The translations under genes and the position numbers were made by a program. Of a stretch of 64,000 bases of DNA, positions 24,294 through 34,808 are shown piece by piece (position 1 is the stretch's first letter; each line of letters opens with the position of its first letter). Source of the DNA: Planctomycetota bacterium (lineage in GTDB: Bacteria > Planctomycetota > UBA11346). Under the pieces are notes generated by a model. That model made no database searches, was not told the origin of the DNA, and was given only the letters and a program-made list of their open reading frames with translations. The DNA is taken from assembly GCA_025055595.1 (NCBI GenBank), contig JANWWU010000078.1, positions 16,257 to 80,256 on the forward strand. The letters are read 5' to 3'.

Positions 24294-25057
24294 GGCATCC
24301 ATGCAGCGCTGCACCAGCGCCTGGTGATCGGCATCGGGCGCGAGCGGGCGGCCGAGGACGACGACGCTCTCCCCCGCGCGCCGCCGCAAGCAGCAGCCGG
24401 GGATGATCGGCACGCCGGCCTTGCGTGCGAAGAAGGCGGGACCATCGAAGCATAGGGTCTCGAAGCCGAGAAAGCGCGCGCGCACCCCGTGATGCGGCCG
24501 CTGGTCAGCGAGCATGCCGAGGGCCGCGCCGCGGCGCAGAGCGCGCAGCGCCTCGATCGCGCCGACGCGCTCGCCGGCAGCGACGAAGACGAGGCGCAGG
24601 CCAGCGGCGGCGCGCCGCGCATTGAGTTCGGCGTCGAGCGCGGCGTCGTGCAGCGGTTTGGCGTAGACCAGTACCTCGCGCCACGCCCTGGTCAGCGCGT
24701 GCGCGCCGAGGTCCCAGTCGCCGAGGTGCGCGGTGATGACGACGGCCGATGGCCAGCGGCGGGCGAGCAGGGCCATCCAGCGCGGATTGAGCACGCGCAC
24801 CGCGCGCTCCGGCCCGCTCGCGCCGCCGATCGTCCAAACCTGCAGAAACTGGGCGCCGATGTGCGCGTAGGCGCGCCGCGCCAGCGCCGCGCGCTCCGGC
24901 CCGCGCACGCCGAGGCAGGCGCTGAGCTGGCGCTGCACGATGCGGCGGCGCAGGCCGCAGCGCCAGGCCAGCACGCCGAGCGCGGCGCCGACGCGGCAGG
25001 CGGTATCGGCGGCGAGCCGGCGCAGCAGGGCGCAGGCCCAGCGCGTCAGCCAGCGCC

Positions 25058-27613
25058 TCATGCCGGCCGATCCGCCGCCCCGAGCTGATCGGCGAAGCCG
25101 CGCCGCTGGTCTTGGGTCACGGCCTGGCGCAGGCGCTCCCAGTCGATCGGCTCGCCGGCGGCCAGGGCGCGCCGCGCGGCCTGAACCAGCAGCGCGTCGT
25201 CGCTGACCTCCGCCAGCTGCTGCAGCGCCTGCTCGGCCTCGGCGATCCGGCCTTCGCTTTGCAGCAGCTGCGCGGCATGACGGTAGCAGCGTGCCGCGGT
25301 GCGCCGGTCGCCGATGCCCGCTGTCGCCTCGGCGAGCGACAGTGCGTAGGCGGCGTCCTTGGAGTGCGCCGCAACCTGTGCGCTGAGCAGCGCGATCGCG
25401 TGCTCCATGTCGCCGGCGCCGAGCAGCTCGTCGAGCAGGGCCTGCACCGCCGCGCGCTCGCCGGCGGCATCGCCGGCCCGCCGCAGCAGCTCGATCAGCG
25501 CCATCGCTGCGTGGTAGCGCTCTTCCGGCGCCGCGAGGGCCAGGCGGCGCCGCGCCAGCTCGCTCGCCGTCCCGTAGTCCGCGCGCCGCGTCGCGAGGCG
25601 CAGCGCGTCCGCCACCGCCGCCGCCTCGCCCGGATCGTTGGCGTCGTGCAGCAGCTCGACCAGGCGCAGGCGCGTCGGCAGATCCTCGGGGCGCAGGGCG
25701 AGCAGCCGCGTCAGCGCCTCGGTCGCGGTCGCGAGATCGCCGCTGCCGCTGGCGAGGTCGGCGAGGTGCCGCAGCTCGCGCGCCGCGCGCCCGCGGTCGC
25801 CGGCGCGCAGCGCCAGCTCCGCGAGGCGTTGCCGCAGCGGGACGCTCGCCGGCGCGCGCTGCACCGCGGCCTGGGCGAGGCGCTCGGCGAACGCCTGCTG
25901 CCCGCTTTCGCGCGCCAGGTCGATCGCCCGGCACCAGGCGTCGATCGCCGCTTCGATCTGGCCGAGGCGTTCGTGCGCCGCCGCCAGCCGCGCCTGGATC
26001 TCGGCATCCTCGCCGCCGAGGACGACGATGCGCTCCAGGGTGCTGACCAGACCGATGTCGTCGCCCTCGCGCTCCTGGCGCTCGGCGACCAAGCGCAGCT
26101 GCTGCGTGGCGCGCTCGCTGTCGCGGCGGCGCGCGTAGGCCTTGGCGAGCCAGTCGTTGGCCTCGGAGTCCTCGGGGGCGGCCTTCGCCAGCAGCTCCCA
26201 GGCGGCGAGCCGCGCATCGTCCGCGACCTGCGTCGCCTGCGCCAGCGCGCGCCGCAGCAGCGCCGCGGCTTCACTGTGGCGGCCGGCAGCGAGCAGCAGC
26301 TCGGCGGCGGCACGCGCCGGCTCCAGCCGTTCGGGCTGCAGGGACGCCAGCGACAGCCAGGCCTGCAGGGCCTCCGCCTGGCGGCCGGCAGCCGCCGCCA
26401 GCCGCGCGCACTGCTCGTAGTGGATGGCGGCCTGCTCGTGGTCGCCGAGCGCCGCCGCGAGGCGACCGATCGCCATGCCGGTGACGACGGGATCGGCGCC
26501 GAGCTGCTGGCTCTCGCTGAGGACCTCCAGCGCGCGCGCGAGCATCCCGCGCTCCTCGTACCAGCGCACGAGGGCGAAGAGGGACTCCAGGGCGCGGCGG
26601 TCGTCGCCCTGCACGAGGTATAGCGATACGAGCTGGCCGAGGATCGGTTCGGGCGCCGCCCCGAGGCGCAGCGCGCGCTCAAGCGCCTGGATCTGGTCGC
26701 TGGCCGCCGTCGCCTGCTCGGCGGCGCTCAGGCAGTGCTGCGCAGCCTCCGCTGCGTTGCCAAGCTGCTCGGCGAGATCGGCGAGCTGCCAGCGCACGCG
26801 CAGCCCATCCTGCCCGAGGGCGACCGCGCGCTGCAGGATGCCGTAGGCGGTCGCCGGACGCGCGGCGCGCACCCGCTCGGCGAAGGCGACCAGCTCATTG
26901 GCCGCCGCCACCCGCAGGCAGTTGGCGCGTCGCAGCGCGACGACCGCGCGCTGCGCGCGAAACGGCGGCACCGCGGGATGATCGATCAGCTCGCGATAGA
27001 CCATCGCATGCCGGCAGCGCGCGAGGAGCTGCGCCGCGTCCTCGTCGCGACCGTCGTCATCGCCGATGCGGCACAGCACATCCCAGGGATCGGGGATCAG
27101 GTCGGCATTGCGCGCGCGCTCGTCCTGGCGGCGCAGGATCTCGAGCAGCAGCGCCGGTACCGCGATCAGCAGTCGAAAGCGGCGCTGGAAGTCGACGAAG
27201 GGATCGGCCGGCGCCTGCTCGACGATGTCAAACTCGGGCGCCGGCCAGCCGAGCACCTCATCGACTTCCTCGTAAGCGAGGATGGTCAGCGGCTCGAGCG
27301 CCGCCGATTCCGGCATGCCGGTCTCGGCGCAGACCCGCTGCCACACCGTCTCGGGGTCGGCCTCGGCGAGCTCGCGGCCGAGCCGCGCCAGCTCCTCGCT
27401 GGTGACGAAGCGCGCCCAGCCGATGGCACGCAGCCATCGCCCGCTTGGAACGCCGCCGATCGCCTGCAACCCGCCCTCGGCGAGGTACAGCCAACGGACG
27501 CCCTGCTCGCAGCGCACCTGCACGGTCGCCGCGCGCCGCGCCGCCGCCAGCGACTGCAGGACCGACGGCAGATCGACCCACGCCGAGACATTGACAGTCG
27601 CGCGCGATGGCAC
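25058..27613 (-). CDS. DUF4388 (N-terminal) plus multi-TPR repeat protein
   Basis: The N-terminus SAWVDLPSVLQSLAAARRAATVQVRCEQGVRWLYLAEGGL resembles the DUF4388 (PATAN-like) domain. The remaining roughly 750 aa are Ala/Leu/Glu-rich TPR-like helices. The track's M is a GTG. Confidence 0.7.
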   Translation of the reverse strand: MPSRATVNVSAWVDLPSVLQSLAAARRAATVQVRCEQGVRWLYLAEGGLQAIGGVPSGRWLRAIGWARFVTSEELARLGRELAEADPETVWQRVCAETGMPESAALEPLTILAYEEVDEVLGWPAPEFDIVEQAPADPFVDFQRRFRLLIAVPALLLEILRRQDERARNADLIPDPWDVLCRIGDDDGRDEDAAQLLARCRHAMVYRELIDHPAVPPFRAQRAVVALRRANCLRVAAANELVAFAERVRAARPATAYGILQRAVALGQDGLRVRWQLADLAEQLGNAAEAAQHCLSAAEQATAASDQIQALERALRLGAAPEPILGQLVSLYLVQGDDRRALESLFALVRWYEERGMLARALEVLSESQQLGADPVVTGMAIGRLAAALGDHEQAAIHYEQCARLAAAAGRQAEALQAWLSLASLQPERLEPARAAAELLLAAGRHSEAAALLRRALAQATQVADDARLAAWELLAKAAPEDSEANDWLAKAYARRRDSERATQQLRLVAERQEREGDDIGLVSTLERIVVLGGEDAEIQARLAAAHERLGQIEAAIDAWCRAIDLARESGQQAFAERLAQAAVQRAPASVPLRQRLAELALRAGDRGRAARELRHLADLASGSGDLATATEALTRLLALRPEDLPTRLRLVELLHDANDPGEAAAVADALRLATRRADYGTASELARRRLALAAPEERYHAAMALIELLRRAGDAAGERAAVQALLDELLGAGDMEHAIALLSAQVAAHSKDAAYALSLAEATAGIGDRRTAARCYRHAAQLLQSEGRIAEAEQALQQLAEVSDDALLVQAARRALAAGEPIDWERLRQAVTQDQRRGFADQLGAADRPA

Positions 27614-27656
27614 GCTTGCACTCTATCGACCGGACGCGCGCTGCCATCCGGCGCCG

Positions 27657-27998
27657 CTAGCGGCGGCCGCGGCGCCGGCGCCAGTAGCGCACGGCGAGCG
27701 GCTCACCGATCAGCTCGCGCACCAGCAGCGCATCGCGCACGCGCGCGCGGTCCATCAGCAGCTGGCGCAGCCGCGCCGCGACCGGCTCCGGCGGCGCGAC
27801 GATCGTCGCCGGAACCGCCGGACGGGCGGAGGCCGGCGCCAGCTCCGTCGCCGCCGGACGCGCGCGCGGCGCCTCGGCCGGCGGGCGCTCGGCGACATCC
27901 TCGGCGGACGGCAGCTCCGGCTCGCGCGACCGCTCCCGCGGCTCGGCCTCGCGCTGCAGCTCCTCGAGATCGCGCAGGATGTCGTCGAGCAGGGTCAC
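27657..27998 (-). CDS. small acidic hypothetical protein (113 aa) in the flotillin operon, at the position of yqfB in the B. subtilis yqeZ-floA-yqfB operon
   Basis: GTG start (verified by reverse-complementing the region) overlapping the floA stop. [22 protein letters not shown]... has normal composition with a Pro/Ala-rich middle. Confidence 0.45.
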   Translation of the reverse strand: MTLLDDILRDLEELQREAEPRERSREPELPSAEDVAERPPAEAPRARPAATELAPASARPAVPATIVAPPEPVAARLRQLLMDRARVRDALLVRELIGEPLAVRYWRRRRGRR

Positions 27999-29038
27999 GA
28001 CGGACCGGGCGTCTTCTCAGTCGGCTTGGGCTGTGGCGGATGTGCGATCGCCGTCCGCATCTCGGTGTCGGCCTGCAGGTTCTTCAGCATGTAGTAGTCC
28101 ATGATCCCGAGCTGGCCCTTGCGGAAGGCCTCGGCGATGGCGAGCGGGATCTCGGCCTCGGCGAGCACAACCTTGGCGCGGTTTTCCTGGACCAGGGCGA
28201 GCATCTCCTGCTCGCGCGCCACCGCCAGCGCGCGCTGCCGCTCGGCCTCGGCCTGCGCTACCCGCTTGTCAGCCTCGGCCTTGTCGGTGCGCAGGCGGGC
28301 GCCGACATTCTCGCCGACATCGACATCGGCGATATCGATCGACAGGATCGAGAAGGCGGTGCCGGCATCGAGCCCGCGCGCCAGCACCGTCTTCGAGATG
28401 CGGTCGGGATTCTCCAGCACCTCCATGTGGGTGCGCGCCGAGCCGATCGTCGTGACGATGCCCTCGCCGACGCGCGCGACGATCGTCTCCTCGGTCGCGC
28501 CGCCGACCAGGGTATCGATGTTGGTGCGCACGGTGACGCGGGCCTTGACCTTGAGCTGGATGCCGTCGCCGGCGATCGCATCGATCGTCGTGCGCCCGTC
28601 CTTCGGGCTCGGAACATCGATCACCTTCGGGTTGACCGAGGTCTGCACGGCATCGAGCACATCGCGGCCGGCGAGGTCGATGGCGCAGGCGCGATCGAAG
28701 GAGAGATTGATGTTCGCCTTGTTGGCGGCGATCAGGGCGTTGACCACGCGCATGACATGCCCGCCGGCGAGGTAGTGCGCCTCGAGGCGGTCGGTGCTGA
28801 TGTCGAGGCCGGCCTTCTTGGCGGTGATGCGCGCGGTGACGATCACCGTCGGATTGACCTTGCGGAAGCGCATCATGAACAGCTGCAGCAGGCTGACCGG
28901 GGCGTTGCTGGTCAGGGCCTGGAACCAGAGGCTGAACACCGAGGCGATCGCCATCACGATGGCGAGCACGATCGCGCCGATGACCAGCCAGACGATGGTG
29001 ACTAAATCGAACAAGGCGAGCGTCGTCAGGTACGGCAT
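27995..29038 (-). CDS. floA: flotillin-like protein FloA (SPFH domain, UPF0365/YqfA family)
   Basis: The internal Met [31 protein letters not shown] gives an N-terminal TM segment. This is followed by an SPFH core and a C-terminal coiled-coil [21 protein letters not shown]. The upstream 59 codons of the track ORF are junk. Confidence 0.85.
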   Translation of the reverse strand: MPYLTTLALFDLVTIVWLVIGAIVLAIVMAIASVFSLWFQALTSNAPVSLLQLFMMRFRKVNPTVIVTARITAKKAGLDISTDRLEAHYLAGGHVMRVVNALIAANKANINLSFDRACAIDLAGRDVLDAVQTSVNPKVIDVPSPKDGRTTIDAIAGDGIQLKVKARVTVRTNIDTLVGGATEETIVARVGEGIVTTIGSARTHMEVLENPDRISKTVLARGLDAGTAFSILSIDIADVDVGENVGARLRTDKAEADKRVAQAEAERQRALAVAREQEMLALVQENRAKVVLAEAEIPLAIAEAFRKGQLGIMDYYMLKNLQADTEMRTAIAHPPQPKPTEKTPGPS

Positions 29039-29048
29039 GCAGTCCTCG

Positions 29049-29609
29049 TCAGGGATGGTGGTCGTCGTCAGGGAGCGCCATGACGTGTACCACCGGGCCA
29101 TCGAAGTCCAGGATGCGCACGCGCGCCCCGCGCCTGCCCCCGCCCTGCACCTGCACGTCGATGGCGACAGGGCCGCGGGGGCCAACGAAGCGCGCGCGTC
29201 CCGTCGGGTAGGCATCCGTCAGCAGCTCGCCCTCGGCTCCCGGACCGAGCCCTCCCTGGTCGGCGAGGCGGCGAGCCCCGGTCGCCTCCGTGATCTCCGC
29301 CGGCAGGACGAGCAGCGGGTGGCGCTGCATGCGTCGCAGGCCGAAGCGCAGGACGAGCGCAAGCAGCGCCGGCGCGACGACGACGAAGGCCCAGCCCGTC
29401 AGCGTCGAGACCTGAAAGGCCATGACGATGGCGACGACCGCGCTGATGGCCGCCGCGAGCGCCAGCATCCCCCAGCTGACGATGAAGCACTCGAGGACCG
29501 CGAGCACGCCAGCAAGCAGCAGCAGGGCCACCGCCCAGCCGAGGGCCGCCAGCGGCGGCAGACCGGGCGCCGCGCTGGTCGTCTCGGTCGCCAGCCAGGC
29601 CGGGATCAT
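29049..29609 (-). CDS. NfeD-like membrane protein, short form (YqeZ/YuaF-like flotillin partner)
   Basis: 186 aa. It has three TM helices, then an OB-fold-like C-terminus [47 protein letters not shown]. The ATG overlaps the stop of the long NfeD gene (ATGA). Confidence 0.75.
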   Translation of the reverse strand: MIPAWLATETTSAAPGLPPLAALGWAVALLLLAGVLAVLECFIVSWGMLALAAAISAVVAIVMAFQVSTLTGWAFVVVAPALLALVLRFGLRRMQRHPLLVLPAEITEATGARRLADQGGLGPGAEGELLTDAYPTGRARFVGPRGPVAIDVQVQGGGRRGARVRILDFDGPVVHVMALPDDDHHP

Positions 29610-31111
29610 GCGCGCGCTTCCGCCTCGACCGGGCGGACGACGAGCTCGCCGAGCTGGGCGCCGACGATCTCGACCTCGCTGTCGGCCGGCACCAGCACGC
29701 CGTGCTCGGCGACCGCCGGTACATCCCGGCCATCGATGATGACGAAGCCGCTTGGGCGCAGCATCGTCCGCGTGCGCACGCGCTTGCCGATCAAGGCTCG
29801 GGCCTGCTGTTCGAGGTCCCCGGCGGTCGTCGCATCGATCGCCGCCTCGCTCGCCAGCACGCGCATCGCGCGGGTTCGCGGCAGGGCGGCGATGGCGACG
29901 ATGGCGCCGATCGTCAAGACGGTCAGCGCCAGCAGGCTCTGGATCAGGGCATGGCCCATCGCGCCGCGCCAGCGCTCGTCGCCGATCTCGAACTGGAAGG
30001 AGTCGGGCATGAAGGCGAAGATCATGCCGCCGCCGATCGCGAGCAGGCCCGCGATCAGCAGCAGGCCGCCAGTGGGGAAGAGGAAGAACTCGGTGATCAG
30101 GGCCAGGATGCCAAACGCGATCAGGATGATCTCGGCGGCCCCGACGAGGTCGAGCCAGTACTGGCAGACGAGGAACAGCAGGCCGCAGACTGCGGCGCCG
30201 ATCAGGAAGAGGCCGCCGCTCGGCATCTTGAACTCGAGCAGCAGCAGCAGCAGCGCGAGGCCGGCCAGCAGCGGCGCCCAGCCGCCGAGGGTCTCGGCGA
30301 TCAGCTCGTGGCGACTGGGCAGAAAGCGCTGCACCGCGCTCGGCTCGACGCCGAGCAGGCGGTAGACCTCGTCGAGGTCCTTGACCAGCGCCGTCGCCAT
30401 CCCCTCGGCGACGGCTTCCTTGGCCGTGTAGGTCAGCAGGCGATCCTTGCCGAGGATCAGCACGCCGTCCTCCTTGCGCAGGCCGGGGCGGGCGGCGAGA
30501 AAGGCCGGCAGATCGTCCTCGATCACGAAGTGCTGCCGACCGTCGATGTCGAAGCGCCACAGCTCCTGATTGCGCGCGGTCATCTTCTGCAGCTTGGCCT
30601 GGTCCCAGCCATTGTGCTGGCCGGCCTGGCGCAGCAGGGCGCGGACGGGGCTCTCCAGCTTCTCCGGGGCGTACTTGATCGGCTCCGCCGGGTCCTGGCT
30701 GACAAAGATGACGCCGATGTCCCCGATGTAGGCCTGATCGGTCATGTAGATGCGGCGGTGCCCGTAGGCGAGCAGGGCGCCGGCGCTGTAGGCGCGCGTG
30801 TCGATGAAGGCGATCAGCTCGGTGTCTTCGTCGCCGACGGCGAGGATGCGTTCGAGCATGCGCATCGCCGCGTCGAGGGCGCCGCCGTCGGTGGCGATGC
30901 GGCAGACGATGTAGCGCGGGCTGAGCGCCAGCGCGCGATCGACGGCGCGCTCGAACTGCCCGGCGCGATGGTCATCGATCGCGCCGTCGATCGGGATGAA
31001 GGCGACGAGCGGCTTCCCGCCGGCGCCCTGGCCGCCAGCAGGCGTGGCTTCCCCGCCTTGCCCGAACGGCGCGACAGCAACCAGCAGCAGGCCTAGCAGC
31101 CAGTGCAGCAT
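29606..31111 (-). CDS. NfeD-like membrane-bound serine protease (ClpP-class), long form
   Basis: Signal peptide MLHWLLGLLLVAVAPFG. A ClpP/crotonase-like protease domain (IVCRIATDGGALDAAMRM, SAGALLAYG). A multi-TM region and a C-terminal OB-fold. Confidence 0.8.
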   Translation of the reverse strand: MLHWLLGLLLVAVAPFGQGGEATPAGGQGAGGKPLVAFIPIDGAIDDHRAGQFERAVDRALALSPRYIVCRIATDGGALDAAMRMLERILAVGDEDTELIAFIDTRAYSAGALLAYGHRRIYMTDQAYIGDIGVIFVSQDPAEPIKYAPEKLESPVRALLRQAGQHNGWDQAKLQKMTARNQELWRFDIDGRQHFVIEDDLPAFLAARPGLRKEDGVLILGKDRLLTYTAKEAVAEGMATALVKDLDEVYRLLGVEPSAVQRFLPSRHELIAETLGGWAPLLAGLALLLLLLEFKMPSGGLFLIGAAVCGLLFLVCQYWLDLVGAAEIILIAFGILALITEFFLFPTGGLLLIAGLLAIGGGMIFAFMPDSFQFEIGDERWRGAMGHALIQSLLALTVLTIGAIVAIAALPRTRAMRVLASEAAIDATTAGDLEQQARALIGKRVRTRTMLRPSGFVIIDGRDVPAVAEHGVLVPADSEVEIVGAQLGELVVRPVEAEARA

Positions 31112-31322
31112 GCACCTACCCTAAATCGCCAGCGGCCCGCACAAGGCAGCCGCCGCCTGACATCCGTCAGCAGCTCAGGAGGCGAAGAGGTTGCCGCTGG
31201 TCGCGGCGTTCGGAGCGCTGAGCTCGCTGAGCTCGACCACGCAGAAGATGCCGGCGACGATCAGCGCGATGCAGGAGATGATCACCATCCAGAGGTAGAT
31301 CTTGTCGCTCAGCATGGGGGTC

Positions 31323-32207
31323 TCACAGGCGGTTGGCGGCGAGATCGCCGGCCTCGATGGTCAGCCCGCTGGTGTTCCACGACGAGGGGATGACGCGCGC
31401 CGGCGCCATATCGTTGAGGACGCGCTCGACGCGCACCTTGCAGATGTACTGGTTGCCGCGGTAGACGATGAACTCCTGCCCGACCTGCACGCCTTCTTCG
31501 CGCCCGATCGACAGAATGACGAACTCCTGCTCGCCCTTGCTGTTGACCTGCACGGCCGCGACGCGCGCATGCAGGGCGGCCGTGCTCGGCTGCTCGTAGT
31601 GGATCGCCTCGTAGACCTTCGGGAAGCGTTCGCGCAGCACCGCCAGCCGGGCCTCGGCCTGCTTGCGTTCCGCGATGCTCTTGTCGAGCTGCTCGCGCAG
31701 CCGCGCGTACTCGGTCTGCAGGTTGTTGAGGTCGTCCTCGACTTCGGCGAGCTTGACATTGAGGTTGAAGGCGACGGCGCGCGCCACCTGCGCGATGTGG
31801 GTCAGCTCGCTGTTGCGCTGCCGCACCATATCGAGCGACTTGCTCTGCGCCTGGTAGTTCTCGTTCAGGGCGCTGTAGTCGGTGCGCATGCGGTCAAGGT
31901 CGCGCTCGAGCGCTTGGATGCGCGCCACGCGCTCGGTGATCTGCGCCTCGAGCTCGCGGATCTTCGCCTGGTCGCGATCGCGGTCGATCTGCAGCTGCGC
32001 GACCTGGTTCTCGGCCCGGACGCGGCCTGCGGACTCGGTGGCCAAAAGCTGCGTCGCCTGCTTGAGCTCGGCGGCCAGGCTCTTGGTATCCTGGTCCCAG
32101 CGCCGCTTCCAGTTCTCGCGCGTCGCGAACAGCATCATCTGGACGATCATGAAGGCGACGGTCAGGACGAGCAGGACGAGGATGAAGATGCGCAGGGCGA
32201 GGCTCAT
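31323..32207 (-). CDS. membrane-anchored coiled-coil protein with a C-terminal beta-rich domain; hypothetical
   Basis: MSLALRIFILVLLVLTVAFMIVQMM is a TM segment. It is followed by about 180 aa of heptad-rich sequence and then ...VQVNSKGEQEFVILSIGREEGVQVGQEFIVYRGNQYICKVRVERV. Confidence 0.6.
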   Translation of the reverse strand: MSLALRIFILVLLVLTVAFMIVQMMLFATRENWKRRWDQDTKSLAAELKQATQLLATESAGRVRAENQVAQLQIDRDRDQAKIRELEAQITERVARIQALERDLDRMRTDYSALNENYQAQSKSLDMVRQRNSELTHIAQVARAVAFNLNVKLAEVEDDLNNLQTEYARLREQLDKSIAERKQAEARLAVLRERFPKVYEAIHYEQPSTAALHARVAAVQVNSKGEQEFVILSIGREEGVQVGQEFIVYRGNQYICKVRVERVLNDMAPARVIPSSWNTSGLTIEAGDLAANRL

Positions 32208-32243
32208 GCGTGCAAGGCTCCCATGAATCGAAAGGCGTGGCGG

Positions 32244-34646
32244 TCACTCATCGACGGCACCCGCGGTGCGCGCCTCGATGCCGTAGCGCTGATGCTCCTG
32301 GAACTCGGCGTAGAGCTCCACCGGCACCCCGGCGGCGGCGCCGAAGCCGCCGCTGGCGGCAGCGCGCACCCCGGCATCGCTGTGCTGCATCGCCTTCTTC
32401 AGGATGTCGACGGCGGCGCGTGACGTCGGATCGATGCGGCCGATGGCGAAAACGAAGGCTGCGCGCAGCGCTGGATCGCTCTCCAGTTCGGCATCTTGGG
32501 CCTGATAGATCTCGGTGATGCGGGCGATGTGGGCGCGCGCCGCCTCGCCGGCCGGGCCGGCGGCGATCCGCGCCAGCGCGCGCAGCGCCGCGCTGCGGAT
32601 CGCGTTGGAGCGCGCCGGCAGGGTCTCGACCAGCGCCGCGACCGCGCCGCCGAGGTCGAGCGGCGTGCGCCGCGGGTCGGGCTGCTGCAGGGCGAGCGCC
32701 GCGCGCAGGGCGATGTCCTCGGCGACCGCCTGCTGAGCATGCGGCGGCGGCGCGTCCTTGAGCGCGGCGTCGATCGCATCGCGCAGCTCGACCGCGTCAT
32801 AGGGACGGCCGACGAACTTGCTCGCCGGCCGCCGCGCGACGAACTCCGCCCGCACCTTGTCGGCCTGCTCGGGCTGCTCGGGCAGGGCGACGAAGATCGG
32901 TACACCGGCGGCGCGCGGATCGGCGCCCAGCATGTCGATCAGCCCGGCAGCGTTCTGCTGCGGAACGTCGAGCTCGGCGCCGTTGTGGTCCTTGACGGCA
33001 GTCTTGAGGTCGCCGGCGACGATGATCGCATCCTTGAGCGGTCCCGAGGCCAGGCGGTTGAGCGCCTCGAAGCCATCGGCCGCTGTGATCGCGACGAAGC
33101 CCTTGCTGGTCAGCGCCGCGCGCGCGGCATTGCGCGAGCGGGGATCGGGATCGACGACGAGGACCACGCGCATGCCCCAGGCCCCGAGGGCTTCGGCGAG
33201 CAGGGGCACCACCTTCTCGGCGCCAGGGAAGGCATCGGGATCGAGGCTCGCCAGCGTGATCGCGGCCTGATAGCGGATCAGCTTGTCGGGGTGCTCGAGC
33301 GCGGTGATCAGCACGGTGCCTGGCTTGGCCGGGGACAACGGCTCGTTGGCTGCCGGGAACAAGGGCTTGCCGTGCACGAGCTCGCGCTCGGCGAGCACCC
33401 GCATCAGCACCAGCGCCGCATCGTGACGCTCGGAGGCCAGCGCCTGCTGCAAGGCGCGGCAGAGGTTCTCGGCCCCCGACATCCGCAAGCGCTGCTGCAG
33501 CTCGGCGAGCGCGGTGGCCCGCGCCGAGAGGCGCTCGAGGGCGTCCTCGCCGCTAGCCGGGGCCAGCGTGCGCTCCTGCGCTAGCAGCGAGCGCTCGACG
33601 ATGTCCGCCAGCTCGCCGGCATAGACCGCCGTCAGCACCGGCAGGAAGCCGGCCTCGCCCGGCTCGACCGCCATCCCCGCAAACAGCAGGTCTTCGGCCA
33701 TCAGCTCGTTCCAGGCGTAGGATGGCGCGCGCGTCCAGGCCAGGCGGGCCGCGCCCTCGGCTTGCGGATCCCAGCGCCACAGCAGGCGCTCGGCGGCGAT
33801 CATCTCGTCGCGGATCTCCGGACCGCCACGGAAGTAGCGGAGGGCCTCCGCGATGTGCGCTTCGGACAGCGTCGGCACTTCGGGCAGCTGGGCGCGCTGA
33901 ACGATCTTCTCGATCGCCCGATCGATCGCCTGCATCGTCACCGGCGCCAAGCCTTCGCGCAGCCGCACGCGCAGCAGGGCCGGCAAGGCCCGCGGGTCGC
34001 CGATATCGCCGAGGATCAGCGACACCGAGCCGATCTGCCGCTGGTCATCGCTGCTCAGCGCCGCGGTCAAGGGCAGCACGGCGCGCGCGCCCATCCGCGT
34101 CAGCACCAGGCGGCACTGGCTGCGGCGCCGCTCCTGGGGGTTGTCGGTCAGCGCCCAGACGAGCTCGGGCACCGCCCACGGGCCGACAGCAGTCAGCTCG
34201 CGCATCGCCGCGATCTGCTCTTCCTCGCTCTGCTCGAGCTTGCCGATCAGGATGCGGATGTACGCCGGATCGCGCCGCAGCTGCTTCTGGTAGATGCGCG
34301 CCCGACGCAGCAGCTCCTTGAGCGGCTCGGCCAATGGGTCCTGCTCCTGCATCTGCAGAATCAGCGCATCGCCGCAGGCGAGGTAGAACTCGTAGGCGTC
34401 TTTATTGTCGGGCTCGAGGGCGAGGGCGGTGCGGAAGGCCAGGGCGGCCTCACGATAGCGGCCGGCGCGATACTGCTTGACGCCCTCGGCGAGGTACGAG
34501 CGCACCTGATCGGCGACCGGGAAGTGCGGATCGGCCCGTCGCGGGCTCGCTTCGCCGGCCGCCAGCGGCGCCCCGAGCAGAGCCGCTAGCAAAGCCGGAA
34601 CCAGGGCGCGCGACAACGACCCAGGCGCTACACGCAACGAACGCAT
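32244..34646 (-). CDS. secreted/membrane-anchored HEAT-repeat (PBS lyase-like) protein with an embedded degenerate receiver-like domain
   Basis: 800 aa from the internal Met MRSLRVAPGSLSRALVPALLAALLGAPLAAGEA (signal-like). This Met is preceded 5 nt upstream by GGAGG. The upstream 707 codons of track ORF 32244..36767 have low GC3 and overlap real plus-strand genes. The REC-like segment is MRVVLVVDPDPRSRNAARAALTSKGFVAITAADGFEALNRL...AIIVAGDLK...IFVALP...KFVGRPYD. Confidence 0.7.
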   Translation of the reverse strand: MRSLRVAPGSLSRALVPALLAALLGAPLAAGEASPRRADPHFPVADQVRSYLAEGVKQYRAGRYREAALAFRTALALEPDNKDAYEFYLACGDALILQMQEQDPLAEPLKELLRRARIYQKQLRRDPAYIRILIGKLEQSEEEQIAAMRELTAVGPWAVPELVWALTDNPQERRRSQCRLVLTRMGARAVLPLTAALSSDDQRQIGSVSLILGDIGDPRALPALLRVRLREGLAPVTMQAIDRAIEKIVQRAQLPEVPTLSEAHIAEALRYFRGGPEIRDEMIAAERLLWRWDPQAEGAARLAWTRAPSYAWNELMAEDLLFAGMAVEPGEAGFLPVLTAVYAGELADIVERSLLAQERTLAPASGEDALERLSARATALAELQQRLRMSGAENLCRALQQALASERHDAALVLMRVLAERELVHGKPLFPAANEPLSPAKPGTVLITALEHPDKLIRYQAAITLASLDPDAFPGAEKVVPLLAEALGAWGMRVVLVVDPDPRSRNAARAALTSKGFVAITAADGFEALNRLASGPLKDAIIVAGDLKTAVKDHNGAELDVPQQNAAGLIDMLGADPRAAGVPIFVALPEQPEQADKVRAEFVARRPASKFVGRPYDAVELRDAIDAALKDAPPPHAQQAVAEDIALRAALALQQPDPRRTPLDLGGAVAALVETLPARSNAIRSAALRALARIAAGPAGEAARAHIARITEIYQAQDAELESDPALRAAFVFAIGRIDPTSRAAVDILKKAMQHSDAGVRAAASGGFGAAAGVPVELYAEFQEHQRYGIEARTAGAVDE

Positions 34647-34650
34647 CGGG

Positions 34651-34655
34651 CCTCC
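34651..34655 (-). promoter_or_regulatory. Shine-Dalgarno-like GGAGG, 5 nt upstream of the ATG of the HEAT-repeat gene
   Basis: The minus-strand sequence reads tacGGAGGcccgATG. Upstream of it the frame loses GC3 bias. Confidence 0.4.
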
Positions 34656-34808
34656 GTACTGCAGATCCAGGCGTATGGTTCGAAGTGGCATCGTGCGTGT
34701 CCCTTCCGGCGGCATCAACCCCTGCGCGCGCCAGCGTGCGCGAAGTGTATGACGAGCCCGCGACGCCGCCGCGTCTTGCACCCCCGCTGCCCGGTCAAGA
34801 TACGCGCC

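Noticed and set aside
26735-29005. 756-aa plus-strand ORF
   Set aside because: It is antisense to the TPR gene, the small acidic gene and floA. The composition is Arg/Gly/Asp-rich, so it is a shadow ORF.
34670-34700. tRNA-like T-loop motif GGTTCGAAG in the divergent intergenic region
   Set aside because: The flanking bases do not form a T-stem or an acceptor stem, and there is no CCA or anticodon arm. It is probably a chance match in promoter DNA.
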